Source of the DNA: a virus
Lineage: Duplodnaviria > Caudoviricetes
DNA length: 48,644 bases
Virus record (IMG/VR): IMGVR_UViG_3300017991_000152
Coordinates: 1-48,644 of that record
Direction: 5' to 3' (one strand)
The notes below the pieces were generated by a model that worked only from the letters and a program-made list of their open reading frames with translations, did not search any database and was not told the DNA's origin. Made by a program: the position numbers and the translations under genes. Each line of letters starts with the position of its first letter. Within the stretch, counting starts at the first letter, position 1. This document shows positions 18,743-28,559 of this stretch, in pieces.

Positions 18743-19666
18743 ATGGTAGACACACTAGACAAAAAATATCGCCCACAAGTTTTTGAAGACATGATTGGCA
18801 ACGTAAGTGCTATTAAGGCAATCAAAGCAGCTTTAGGGCGCAAACAGGGCTATGTGGCCTCTACTCTGCTTTGCGGTCCATCAGGTTGCGGGAAAACAAC
18901 ACTTGCAAGGATCATTGCTAGGGAACTTGGGGCCGGTGGAATGAACTGCAAGGAACTCAATATCTCGGATATGAGGGGCATTGATGCGGCAAGGATGATT
19001 ATTGATATCTGCTATGTAGCACCTTTGGGGACATGTCGTGTGATTATTTTGAATGAAGTTCATAAAGCCACGAATGAATTCCAAAACGCAATGTTAGAGC
19101 TTTTAGAAGAACCTCCACCTGATAACTACTTTATTTTGTGCACAACGGAACCTGAAAAACTCCTGAGGTCCGTCAAAAACCGCTGTACCGTCTTTAAAGT
19201 AAATAAAGTCCAAAAACGGTCTTTAGTTCCCTTTTTGACTAAGGTCATGAAAGAGGAAAAGCTCAAATTAGATAAATCTATTGTTGAGGCGATCGTGGAT
19301 AATGCTGGGGGTAGCCCGAGGCAAGCGTTGGTCATGCTAGATTCTATTATGGGGATCCCAGATAAAAAAGAGCAATTAGAGCTTATTATGGGATACCATT
19401 ATAATGAGACTAAAGTGTATGCGCTCTATCAGGCATTGATCTATGGAAGGCCTTGGAAAGAGGTTTCAGAGCTGATTAAGGGTCTAAATGCAAATATGGC
19501 TGAGGATGTCAGATATGCGTTGCTTGCATGTCTTGAACGGGATATATTGGCGGGAAATAAAAATGCTAACAAGGCTTGCACGATGATTGATCTCTTTGCT
19601 AGTAGCTTTCAAGCAACGGGGAGACCAGGCATAACACAGGCCTGTTGGCTAGCACGCAAGCGGTGA
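18743..19666 (+). CDS. Clamp loader AAA+ subunit (DnaX/RFC-like)
   Basis: KYRPQVFEDMIG, GPSGCGKTT, ILNEVH, LEEPP, NRC arginine finger, GSPRQA. Confidence 0.88.
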   Translation: MVDTLDKKYRPQVFEDMIGNVSAIKAIKAALGRKQGYVASTLLCGPSGCGKTTLARIIARELGAGGMNCKELNISDMRGIDAARMIIDICYVAPLGTCRVIILNEVHKATNEFQNAMLELLEEPPPDNYFILCTTEPEKLLRSVKNRCTVFKVNKVQKRSLVPFLTKVMKEEKLKLDKSIVEAIVDNAGGSPRQALVMLDSIMGIPDKKEQLELIMGYHYNETKVYALYQALIYGRPWKEVSELIKGLNANMAEDVRYALLACLERDILAGNKNANKACTMIDLFASSFQATGRPGITQACWLARKR

Positions 19667-19672
19667 GATAAT

Positions 19673-20179
19673 ATGGAGAGAACGCTTTCTCAGGATGTAA
19701 AAATAGACAAATTAAATCTACCTAAGGAGTGGGAACGTCACACCGAACTTTTCCGTTATTGGGCTGAGAAACATGCAATTAGCGAACTGGAAAAGGACCA
19801 AGCGAAAGAACAGCTCGAACTTGTTGCTGCAGATCTTGATTTGATGATTCGCGCCGATCCAAAAGGATATAATCTAGATAAAATTGCTGAAAGTAGCGTC
19901 AAATCCACGATCAAAATGCAGGTTGAGCACCAAGAGGCCCAAGAAGTTTTGAATAATGCGAAATACCGTGTAGCGCGAATGAAGGCCGCTAAAGAGGCAA
20001 TGGATCACCGAAGAGATGCATTGAAAGCCCTAAGCAAACTAGCATTAGGGGGCTTTTATGCGGCAAATACAGCCCCACCAATTGTCAAAGAAGAAATCAT
20101 AGCTAATAGGCGAAAGACGGCTAAAAAAGCATTTGCAAAGCACCAGAAGACCAAACAAAAACGCGGTTTGGTAACGTAA
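19673..20179 (+). CDS. UvsY-like recombination mediator (putative)
   Basis: Long helical protein; context near SSB and RecA. Confidence 0.5.
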   Translation: MERTLSQDVKIDKLNLPKEWERHTELFRYWAEKHAISELEKDQAKEQLELVAADLDLMIRADPKGYNLDKIAESSVKSTIKMQVEHQEAQEVLNNAKYRVARMKAAKEAMDHRRDALKALSKLALGGFYAANTAPPIVKEEIIANRRKTAKKAFAKHQKTKQKRGLVT

Positions 20180-20409
20180 TGGACTCGTTACTTGCTAAAA
20201 TAGCGGAGTACGGGCCGGGGTTTGCTTTCGGGGCAATTGGGTTTGCGCTGCATTATATGGAAAGAAAACGCAGTGCTGAACTTGTTGATCGGCTGCATAA
20301 GTTGAGTGTTGCAAGTCTAGAAGCGAATCAAGAGCATACCAAGATGTATGATTCCATTAATAGAGCTCTATCTGTGCTAGTGGATGTGATCAAGCATGAG
20401 TCACGATAA
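20179..20409 (+). CDS. Small protein with an N-terminal hydrophobic segment and coiled coil (BhlA-holin-like layout)
   Basis: YGPGFAFGAIGFALHYM followed by ERKR and an amphipathic helix; coupled start (TAATG). Confidence 0.55.
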   Translation: MDSLLAKIAEYGPGFAFGAIGFALHYMERKRSAELVDRLHKLSVASLEANQEHTKMYDSINRALSVLVDVIKHESR

Positions 20410-20734
20410 ACTTGGAGAAATTCTAGTTGCTTATGATGCGATATCTGCTGAGCAACTGGATGTTGTTTTGCGAGAGCAACGCTTAAATAATCTGCGTTTA
20501 GGGGATATTTTGCGTTTAAAGCACGTTGTTGATGAGTATCAGCTTAGGCAAGCGTTAACTATTCAGGCATTGCTTAGAGGTAAAAATCGTTATAAGCAGA
20601 CGCTAGCTATGGCTGAGATGGCAACTAGTAATTATAACCGCAGACGTGTTATTGAAAAACGTCAAGAACTTAGACGAAAAGCTGACAAAATAACAGATGA
20701 ATACCCTGCTATATTAGCAAAAAAGAGAGGATAA
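20396..20734 (+). CDS. Stand-alone MshEN-like (c-di-GMP-binding) domain protein
   Basis: KLGEILVAYDAISAEQLDVVLREQ-RLNNL-RLGDILRLKHVVDEYQLRQALTIQ: two 24-aa RLGxxL...LxxxLxxQ motifs with a 5-aa linker. Confidence 0.78.
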   Translation: MSHDKLGEILVAYDAISAEQLDVVLREQRLNNLRLGDILRLKHVVDEYQLRQALTIQALLRGKNRYKQTLAMAEMATSNYNRRRVIEKRQELRRKADKITDEYPAILAKKRG

Positions 20735-20735
20735 A

Positions 20736-22058
20736 ATGAACGCACGGGAACAACGGAGACAAGCCTATATGGCCAGGCACCAAAAGAGCCGACAAAAGGT
20801 TGAGGGTGGTGGCTTAGGATTTTTTAAACAAAATCTGCAAGGAGTTAATTTTTGGAAGTGTGATAAAGGGGATCATGATATCGACATAATTCCCTATATA
20901 GCAGGACCAAACGATCCTGACGTGGATGAAGGAACACCCACTTATGTGTTGGAAGTCTATGAACACCGTAATGTGGGGGATATAGAGGGTCAGACGTTTA
21001 TTTGTCTTGAGAAAACATTTGGCAGACCCTGCCCTATCTGTGAGTACCGTAAAAAGCTCACAAAAAGTGCAAATGCTGATGAGGACGTAATCAAGTCTCT
21101 ACGCCCAAGTGGTTACCCACGGACTATTTACAATGTGGTTGTTTATGATTCCAGTAAAGAGGAGGAAAAAGGTGTTCAAGTCTGGCATACCTCTTACTAT
21201 TTGATGGGTCAGCATCTGGATAAGCTGGCTCAGAGTTCCGCTCGAGAAATAGAACAAGGTGCGCCAAAGCTCAAAATGATTGCGGATCAAGAGGACGGTT
21301 ATTCAATTAAATTTACGCGTGAAGGTACTGGGTTTAATACAAAATTTATTGGCCACCAATTGATTCCGCGAAAATATGAAATTGAGCAAGAACTTCTAGA
21401 CCAAGCGTACCAATTGGATGATTTGATCCATATCCCGACTTATGACGAGGTTTACGCAGCATTTTGGAACGAAGCAACTGAGGAACAAGCTGACGAGCCT
21501 CCAAAACAGGCCAGCGGAACAAAGAGTGCTAGGAGTTCTAGAGGTGCGGCTAAATCAGCGATGGGGAGTGCCAAAGCGACTGGTAAAAGAAGCACTAGAA
21601 AACAAAAAGAGGATCCTGAGCAGGGGTTTGGGCCGGAGGATGAATTACCCGAAAGTTTGAAAGCCCCAAGCGGTACGGGTGAAATAGTGTGTCCTGCAGG
21701 TGGGGAATATGGTCAAGATGCCTACGAGCTTGAGGAGTGCGAGGATTGTGAGCATTGGGAGGCATGCACAGACTTAAATCAAAAGTTGCTGGCGGAGCAA
21801 ACGATTGAGGACGGTGAGGAGGGTATAGCTGAGGAGGAGCCCCCAAAAACAAGACGTTCAGGGCGTGGCGGAAGTACGATAGCTAAAGGTAATGGTGCTA
21901 ATGGGCGGGGGCGACGAACAGCTAGTGAGAAGTCATCAGGGCGCGTTAGACGGGCGAAAGTAGAAGACATGCCTCCAGCCAGAACACGGGCTGCAGGAAG
22001 GGTCACAAGAGGTGCTAAACCCACAGGGCGCGGACGTGGTCGGAATCTAGTCAGGTAG
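20736..22058 (+). CDS. gp32-like single-stranded DNA-binding protein with a long C-terminal extension
   Basis: DIIPY, H...C...CPICE zinc site, YNVVV, GYSIKFTREG; adjacent to RecA. Confidence 0.7.
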   Translation: MNAREQRRQAYMARHQKSRQKVEGGGLGFFKQNLQGVNFWKCDKGDHDIDIIPYIAGPNDPDVDEGTPTYVLEVYEHRNVGDIEGQTFICLEKTFGRPCPICEYRKKLTKSANADEDVIKSLRPSGYPRTIYNVVVYDSSKEEEKGVQVWHTSYYLMGQHLDKLAQSSAREIEQGAPKLKMIADQEDGYSIKFTREGTGFNTKFIGHQLIPRKYEIEQELLDQAYQLDDLIHIPTYDEVYAAFWNEATEEQADEPPKQASGTKSARSSRGAAKSAMGSAKATGKRSTRKQKEDPEQGFGPEDELPESLKAPSGTGEIVCPAGGEYGQDAYELEECEDCEHWEACTDLNQKLLAEQTIEDGEEGIAEEEPPKTRRSGRGGSTIAKGNGANGRGRRTASEKSSGRVRRAKVEDMPPARTRAAGRVTRGAKPTGRGRGRNLVR

Positions 22059-22099
22059 TCCTACCGAATCAACCTCCAGACAGTCAAGGCAAGCAATCT

Positions 22100-23230
22100 A
22101 TGGCGAAACGTAGCCTAGTGCATGATTCTAAAGCACTCAAAAAATCAACTAAGAAAAAAGCAACCAAAAGACCAAAACCCAAAGACAATCCCCAGATTGC
22201 GGATATCGAGAATACAATAAAAAATAGGGAAATCAAAAAAGAGGGGATCATCAATACGGGGGATTTTGAGAGAGGGGTTGTAAGTACTGGTAGCACTCTT
22301 TTAGATCTGGCTATTAGTGCAAATAGAACGTATGGGGGAGGTATTCCAGCGGGGGTTATTGTTGAGGTGTTTGGGCCTAGTTCGTCGGGAAAAACGGCAA
22401 TCCTAGCCGAGATCGGTGCAAGTGTAAAAGCCAAAGGTGGGGTTGTTATGTATGACGATCCCGAGGCAAGGCTTGACACGGCATATGCAGCGAAGTGTGG
22501 TCTGACCCTTGAGCCGGAGGAGTACAACCGGCCTGAAACGGTTGACGAGCTTGAACGGGCCTTGTTTGATTGGGTGCCGAGGCCTCCAAAGAAAAATGCG
22601 ATATGCGCTAGGTGTGAGGATAGCTTGGCAGCATTCTCTACGTTAGCGGAAATTGAGGATGATCATAAGATGGCAGCAGCAAAACGGGCCCAAAAATTTC
22701 ACGAATTATTTCGCAAACTTGCTAGACACATCAAACATGAGGGTTGGGTAGTCGCCTGTGCCAATCAGGAGCAGGAAAGTTTTGGGGGTGGCGGAGCAAA
22801 AACAACGCCGGGCGGGAATGCCGTAAAATACTACTCTTCTATTAGAATGAGGGTTGCACCGGATTATAAGGGAGGAAAGATAAAGAAAACGTGGAAAATG
22901 GGAAAGTCAGTGGTTGAGAAAATAGTAGGGATTAAATCGATTGCACGCATTATCAAAAACTCATGTGATGATCCTTTTCGAGAAGTCCCCTTTTATATCC
23001 TTTTTGGGCAGGGAATTGATGATATCCGTGGCAATTTACAGTGGCTAAAAGATACTTTAGGATCAAAAACATATGATTGTATAGATAGGGAGTTCGGTAT
23101 GATGGGTCCTGCGATTCGGTATATTGAACAATATGAGCTTGAACTCGTACTGAGGGATAAGGTAGTAACGTTATATAACCACATAGAAGACCATTTTAGA
23201 ACGCAGCGGAAACCTAAAGTGAGGTTTTGA
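22100..23230 (+). CDS. recA: RecA/UvsX recombinase
   Basis: STGSTLLDLAI, GGIPAG.IVEVFGPSSSGKT, DSLAA, ANQ, TTPGGNAVKYYSSIR. Confidence 0.92.
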   Translation: MAKRSLVHDSKALKKSTKKKATKRPKPKDNPQIADIENTIKNREIKKEGIINTGDFERGVVSTGSTLLDLAISANRTYGGGIPAGVIVEVFGPSSSGKTAILAEIGASVKAKGGVVMYDDPEARLDTAYAAKCGLTLEPEEYNRPETVDELERALFDWVPRPPKKNAICARCEDSLAAFSTLAEIEDDHKMAAAKRAQKFHELFRKLARHIKHEGWVVACANQEQESFGGGGAKTTPGGNAVKYYSSIRMRVAPDYKGGKIKKTWKMGKSVVEKIVGIKSIARIIKNSCDDPFREVPFYILFGQGIDDIRGNLQWLKDTLGSKTYDCIDREFGMMGPAIRYIEQYELELVLRDKVVTLYNHIEDHFRTQRKPKVRF

Positions 23231-23514
23231 AGATGAGGCCTGTTTTGTTGATTTTGTGTGCAGTGCTTATTCAGTGCTCTTTATTTACTCCCCGCTATGA
23301 ACGGGGAGATTTAACAGAAATTGATGGCTACTGGCAAGCTTGTAAAGAACGTTGCTATCAGGAGTATCCTCTAACTATCGGAATCAAAGCAACCCAAATC
23401 ACTCTAGATGTGATAAAATGTGTTTGTTTACGGTCTAGAGGTGATAAACTTATTTATCTCAATGTGGAGCAGTACGAAAAGGAGGAGGACACACGGGTTG
23501 ATAGGATTTATTAG
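23227..23514 (+). CDS. Putative lipoprotein/exported protein
   Basis: MRPVLLILCAVLIQC signal-like N-terminus; paired Cys. Confidence 0.55.
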   Translation: MKMRPVLLILCAVLIQCSLFTPRYERGDLTEIDGYWQACKERCYQEYPLTIGIKATQITLDVIKCVCLRSRGDKLIYLNVEQYEKEEDTRVDRIY

Positions 23515-23517
23515 TCT

Positions 23518-24432
23518 ATGCGAAATCCAGATGAAAATGCGATAATTATTGATGTGCATAGTGTTGGGTATGCTGTTTTCCATGCCATGGGGGAACTTGG
23601 TTACCATGGGCGAAAAACAGGGGTCATCTATGGATTTCTCTATCAGATTTTAACACTCGCAGAAAAGTTTAAGACGAATAAATTTATTTTTTGCTGGGAT
23701 AGTCGGAGGAGTATTCGAAAGAAACTTTATACGAATTACAAATCTAGGCCTAGAAATAATGGAAAAGTGCTCAGTACAGGCGAGGTTCTTGATCGCGAAG
23801 CGTTATATGATCAACTGGCCGTTCTGCGAAAAATTTGGCTACCAAAGTTAGGGTTTCAAAATAATATTCTTTATGTGGGGCTAGAGGCTGATGACGCAAT
23901 TGCATTGGTATTACTAAATAGCAAAAAGCCTCCAGAGTGGTCTTATAATATTCATTGGGTGATAGTTAGTACGGATAAAGATTTGTACCAACTATTACGT
24001 TCTAATGTATCTATTTATGCAAATAAGAAGGTATTTACTCAAAAGCAGTTTATTGAGCGGTATGGGATAATCCCTGAAAACTGGACAAACGCAAAGGCTT
24101 TAGGGGGTTGTCAGAGTGATACTATCAAGGGTATTGCGGGCATTGCGGACCCTGCAAAAAGTGAGAACAGCAGAGCTCTAAAGTACCTCAGAGGAGAACT
24201 TAAAGGGTCATTTCTGGAGAAGATTGAGAGTAAAGAGGGGCAGAGAATCTATAAACGTAATCTTGAATTGGTGGACTTACCCATCACCAAAGTTTTGCAC
24301 CCTATTATTCAGCATGATACATTCTGTATTGATGATTTTGTTGAGGTCTTTGACACGTTGGATTTCAGAAGCTTTTTTAAAGAGGATACATTTTCGAAGT
24401 GGATTTATTATTTTGGGTTAAAACGGCAATAG
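23518..24432 (+). CDS. 5'-3' exonuclease/flap endonuclease (T4 RNase H/T5 D15-like)
   Basis: IIIDVHS, FCWD, YKS.R, EADDAIA, STDKDLYQ, ALGGCQSDTIKGIAGI. Confidence 0.9.
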   Translation: MRNPDENAIIIDVHSVGYAVFHAMGELGYHGRKTGVIYGFLYQILTLAEKFKTNKFIFCWDSRRSIRKKLYTNYKSRPRNNGKVLSTGEVLDREALYDQLAVLRKIWLPKLGFQNNILYVGLEADDAIALVLLNSKKPPEWSYNIHWVIVSTDKDLYQLLRSNVSIYANKKVFTQKQFIERYGIIPENWTNAKALGGCQSDTIKGIAGIADPAKSENSRALKYLRGELKGSFLEKIESKEGQRIYKRNLELVDLPITKVLHPIIQHDTFCIDDFVEVFDTLDFRSFFKEDTFSKWIYYFGLKRQ

Positions 24433-24443
24433 TAGGCTACTTT

Positions 24444-25052
24444 ATGGCAAACAAAAAAGGCCCGCAATTTGAGCGGGATTGCGCAAAGCGCTTAAGTTTG
24501 TGGTTATCGGAAAATGAACGGGATGATCTAGTATGGCGAACCTCAGCAAGCGGGGGCCGATTTACGCAACGGAAAAAGTACGATAAAGATACCTACAACC
24601 AAGCGGGGGATCTATGCGCAAATAATCCACGTGTTCAGTACTTTTTTGATTACATTTTAGTTGAATGTAAAAATGGGTATACCCCGAAAAAAGGAAAGAA
24701 AGCCGGATATGCTGTTATAAGCGTTCTCCAGGGACTTGATAAGCTTAAGAAGACCCGCGAGCCGATTTTGTACAGTTGGTGGGTTAAGGCGGTGCAAGAG
24801 TGCAAGGATGCCGGAAGGAGGCATGCTATTATTCTTTTTAAGCGTACCAGTCGAAATCCTTGCGTGCTCATGGAAAAACGTTTAATACTCGAGTTATCGA
24901 AATACAACGGGCGATACACCCATAATACTATTTTGATTAAATTAGAGACCTACCCCATACTTACTATTTGTGATCTTGAGCAGTGGCTGAATTGGTGCGC
25001 GCCTCAATCGATTGAATTCCTAAAGAACGCATGGAAACCAGATATAATATAA
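24444..25052 (+). CDS. Holliday junction resolvase (PD-(D/E)XK, Hjc-like)
   Basis: KGPQFER, SASGG, AGDL, VECKNG; start at ATG 24444. Confidence 0.8.
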   Translation: MANKKGPQFERDCAKRLSLWLSENERDDLVWRTSASGGRFTQRKKYDKDTYNQAGDLCANNPRVQYFFDYILVECKNGYTPKKGKKAGYAVISVLQGLDKLKKTREPILYSWWVKAVQECKDAGRRHAIILFKRTSRNPCVLMEKRLILELSKYNGRYTHNTILIKLETYPILTICDLEQWLNWCAPQSIEFLKNAWKPDII

Positions 25053-25609
25053 TCTACGCAGATCCGCCGTGGACTTATCGTAATCAGGGGGTTAATGGTG
25101 CGGCCGCTAAAAAATATCCGCAGCTAACAGATAAAGCCTTAGTTACCCTCCCAGTGGGTAACATAGCAGCCGAAGACTCAGCGTGTTTCATGTGGGTTAC
25201 TTTTCCGAAGCTAAAAGAAGGATTATCTGTCTTGCGCTCCTGGGGATTTCGGTTTAAGACCGTGGCGTTTGTTTGGGTGAAATATAACTTGCGCGTGAAT
25301 ACGCTGTTCATGGGGGGAGGCTATTACACACGTGCTAATTGTGAGGTCTGTTTTTTGGGCGTGAAAGGCAACCTCCCACGGGTGTCTAGATCTGTCCATT
25401 CAGTCATTATGTCCAGGCGTCAAAGGCACTCTAGAAAGCCCGGAGTCACGCGTAAAAGGATTGTAAAGCTTTATGGGGATGTGCCACGAATCGAGCTCTT
25501 TGCTACTCAGAGAAGTCCGGGATGGGCGTCTACTGGTTACGATGTGGATGGCAAAGACATTAGGACGTTCTTGGGTGTTGAGGGTTACAAATCCTATTGG
25601 GCGTATTAG
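25031..25609 (+). CDS. MT-A70 family adenine DNA methyltransferase
   Basis: IIYADPPW, FMWVT, WGF, FVWVK, YTRANCE, HSRKP, IELFA. Confidence 0.92.
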   Translation: METRYNIIYADPPWTYRNQGVNGAAAKKYPQLTDKALVTLPVGNIAAEDSACFMWVTFPKLKEGLSVLRSWGFRFKTVAFVWVKYNLRVNTLFMGGGYYTRANCEVCFLGVKGNLPRVSRSVHSVIMSRRQRHSRKPGVTRKRIVKLYGDVPRIELFATQRSPGWASTGYDVDGKDIRTFLGVEGYKSYWAY

Positions 25610-25656
25610 TCAAACCTGCCTAGAGATTGTTCATTATAAAAACAAAGTGGGGATAC

Positions 25657-26763
25657 ATGTTAAAGAAACTAACACTAGTTAATTTTAGAAGTCACAAAAA
25701 CACAGTCATAGAATTTTCTGAAGGAGTGAATGTCATTGTTGGTAGGGGGCAAGCCGGGAAAACGAATATAAAAAGGGCGTTGGAGTGGTTATGTACGAAC
25801 CGGCCACGAGGGGACAAAGTGCACAGTTATTGGTGCGAGAAAGGGGATGTAACGAGTGTAGAGGCTGAAACGACGGAAGGATATGTAATCACAATTAGCA
25901 AAGCGCTAGGCGATAGTGTAGAGTTCTCACTGTGCCATCCCGAGGGTAGCAAAGCGCAGTGGGGCAAGACGAATAGTCAGGTGCCTGATAAAATTCTTGA
26001 GGCCCTAAACATTTGCGATCTGAATATTCAAAACCAGCTAGACCAACCTTACCTAATCACTGCGGGAACTGGTGAGGTGTCCCGTGCTGTGAACCAGGCA
26101 GTGGATTTGGATCATGCTGATCTATGGGCCACAGAACTCAATAAGAGACGAAAGCAAAATAAGTCAACTATCACAACCCTAAAGGGGCAATTAGAGAAAA
26201 CGAAGTATCAGCTTGACGGGTATACGTGCTTACCAGAGATTGAGCAACTTATCAAAGAGGCGGCAATTGTAAGAGATGCCTACAATAAGAAGGTGAACAA
26301 TCGAGCTGAACTAGATCTGGTCATATCAAAAATAACTGTGGCTGAGAAGTACCTAGCGAAGCTTGAGGGGGTGGAAACGTTAGAGGGTCTAATGGGGGCG
26401 GTCCTAACGACACAGGCCGTTCGAAGCAAGATAGAAAAAAACCAAGACGCAATTGGGCGGATACTGTCGGATGTGGGAGCCTCTAATCATATTATCGGCA
26501 AAGTAGAGGCCTTAAAATTGATTGATCAGACCTTGTGCAAAATAACCCGAATGAGCAACCGGTTTAGTGAGCTTGAAGGCAAAGCGAAACAGTGTGAGGC
26601 GGTCGTTTTTGCGGCCGAGGAAGTAGAGATGGCTACTGAAGACTTGTTAGATGAAAGCAATCAGTATGCGCAACTATTAGACGAATTAGGGGTGTGTCCT
26701 ACGTGTTTTACGCCGGTGGATGATGAGACACTGAGCTATGTTATTGATGGACTGACAGATTGA
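25657..26763 (+). CDS. SbcC/Rad50/gp46-like ATPase, N-terminal half
   Basis: LVNFRSH, GVNVIVGRGQAGKT, Q-loop QNQLD, coiled coil, C-terminal CPTC zinc hook. Confidence 0.85.
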   Translation: MLKKLTLVNFRSHKNTVIEFSEGVNVIVGRGQAGKTNIKRALEWLCTNRPRGDKVHSYWCEKGDVTSVEAETTEGYVITISKALGDSVEFSLCHPEGSKAQWGKTNSQVPDKILEALNICDLNIQNQLDQPYLITAGTGEVSRAVNQAVDLDHADLWATELNKRRKQNKSTITTLKGQLEKTKYQLDGYTCLPEIEQLIKEAAIVRDAYNKKVNNRAELDLVISKITVAEKYLAKLEGVETLEGLMGAVLTTQAVRSKIEKNQDAIGRILSDVGASNHIIGKVEALKLIDQTLCKITRMSNRFSELEGKAKQCEAVVFAAEEVEMATEDLLDESNQYAQLLDELGVCPTCFTPVDDETLSYVIDGLTD

Positions 26764-26774
26764 GGGGGTAACTA

Positions 26775-27725
26775 ATGAAATTTGTTTTATGTGGTGACTG
26801 TCATTTTACGAGCCACCAAACAACGGCGCGGTTAGATAATGTACTTGAAACGAGTATCGGAAAATTTAATTCGATCTTGGATTTCGCGGCAGAACATGAT
26901 GCTATAGTGCTTATTGCGGGCGATTTTGGTGATAAGCCTAGAGATTGGTATTTATTGCCCCGCTTAATGACAGCACTAATGGCACATAAGAGTGTTAAAG
27001 TTTATGCTGTGTATGGACAGCACGACATGTATATGCGTTCTGAGGGGGGAAGGGATGCTACGAATTTAGGTGTGCTAGCGAAAGCCGGACTGATAAAACT
27101 TCTGAGTCGTAAAGGTGTTTGGTTTGGTGCTGGAAAACCTGACAGACCGTGGTGTGTGCGGGGGTGTCATTGGGGCGAGGAGATCCCCTCAATAGAAAAA
27201 GACGATTTAGGGCAACGGTACGAACCACGGTATGCTTTAGTTGTCCACGCGCCGATTGCGAAAGAGGAGGTCTATCCGGGCCATAGTTATTATAATGTGA
27301 GGGATCTAATCAATGATTATCCGGGCTATGAATTGATCGTATGTGGTGATGTGCATAGGCGGTTTTTAGCAATTGGTCCTGAGAAGCAAATAGTAGTGAA
27401 TAGTGGCCCGATAATGCGCCTAGAGGCTAATGAATACAATCTGAATTCTAGGCCATCAGTGCTCCTTTATGATACTCATACAATGAAATATGAATGGTGC
27501 CATTTACCCGCCACGACAGGAAGGGAAATTTTGAGCCGGCAGCACATAAAAGAAAAAGAAGATAGAAAGCAACTTCTCGACACGTTTATTGCATCTATCG
27601 ATAAATCTACCCAAATATGTCGGACAAGGGTAATGGATAGAGTGCTTGAGTGGATCGAGCAAAATGAGAAGCAACATCCAGATGTAGCAGATCTTCTTTT
27701 TGAGGTCTGCGGATTGCGGGAATAG
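26775..27725 (+). CDS. SbcD/Mre11/gp47-like metallophosphoesterase nuclease
   Basis: GDCH, AGDFGD, YGQHD, VVH, CGDVHR, NSGP. Confidence 0.88.
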   Translation: MKFVLCGDCHFTSHQTTARLDNVLETSIGKFNSILDFAAEHDAIVLIAGDFGDKPRDWYLLPRLMTALMAHKSVKVYAVYGQHDMYMRSEGGRDATNLGVLAKAGLIKLLSRKGVWFGAGKPDRPWCVRGCHWGEEIPSIEKDDLGQRYEPRYALVVHAPIAKEEVYPGHSYYNVRDLINDYPGYELIVCGDVHRRFLAIGPEKQIVVNSGPIMRLEANEYNLNSRPSVLLYDTHTMKYEWCHLPATTGREILSRQHIKEKEDRKQLLDTFIASIDKSTQICRTRVMDRVLEWIEQNEKQHPDVADLLFEVCGLRE

Positions 27726-27726
27726 A

Positions 27727-27927
27727 ATGAAAGACTACTGGATCCAAATGGCACAAGTTAAAGCCAAAACGGACAAAGCTGTGCTAGTTGAGTACGAAAC
27801 AGTGGAGGCGTGGATCGCGGATAGCCTGATCCATGATAACTCTGAAATTTGGAAAAAAAGTGCCATTGGCGATGTGGGGCAATTGATGATTCCTCTATGG
27901 CTAGCTGAAAAAGTGGGATTTGAATAA
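27727..27927 (+). CDS. Small hypothetical phage protein
   Basis: KTDKAVLV...AWI..SLI...IPLWLAEK pattern; starts immediately after the SbcD stop. Confidence 0.65.
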   Translation: MKDYWIQMAQVKAKTDKAVLVEYETVEAWIADSLIHDNSEIWKKSAIGDVGQLMIPLWLAEKVGFE

Positions 27928-28148
27928 TTTTTAGTTGCACATAATGCCGAAAACGATATTCTACACAGAGCAACATGCCAAGACGTAGTGTAACCGCAAA
28001 CCGTATGAACCGTAAAAGGGGGGGTATCTGTGTAGCGTTAAACGCGCTACACGGGTCTTAGGTGGGGTTTTAGAGGCTTTTCCATGCGCTGGAAAATGGT
28101 AGTATGTGAAACCAGATTTCACAAATACGATTGAGAGTAAGGCCGGGT

Positions 28149-28442
28149 TTATCGTTTCTCGGCCTTATTTTTTAATAGTTCTAACTTGTGATTCATGGCC
28201 GCCGTACAGCTCTTGAGCATAACATCTCTGCCATTATTGTAACCTTTATTGTATCCGTCGCGTAGCCCTACTGTGTAGGCCCGCTCTAAAAAGTGTAGGT
28301 ATATGTTTTTGTAGGATTTTTTACTGAAAGTCTCACCTCTTGCCGTTTTGGTATGATAACTCATCTCGCATTCGTGATCTATTTGGTCGGCTAAGTGCTC
28401 CAAAAATTTGATGATTTTCTCTTTTAGTTCCTTCGTTTCCAT
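28149..28442 (-). CDS. Hypothetical protein
   Basis: GGAGG SD before ATG 28442; TTGCAC-N17-TATATA upstream on the minus strand. Confidence 0.65.
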   Translation of the reverse strand: METKELKEKIIKFLEHLADQIDHECEMSYHTKTARGETFSKKSYKNIYLHFLERAYTVGLRDGYNKGYNNGRDVMLKSCTAAMNHKLELLKNKAEKR

Positions 28443-28497
28443 GTGACCTCCCAATTAATATATAGTATCCCATACTCAAAAGTGCAATAGATAAAAA

Positions 28498-28542
28498 GTT
28501 GTGTTGACAGTCACAATTTTTGTGTTACTATAATAATAGGAG
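28498..28542 (+). promoter_or_regulatory. sigma70-like promoter with operator (copy 2)
   Basis: TTGACA (28504)-N16-extended TGnTACTAT; CACAATTTTTGTG lies in the spacer. Confidence 0.85.
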
Positions 28543-28559
28543 CAACGGAGGAAATCAAA

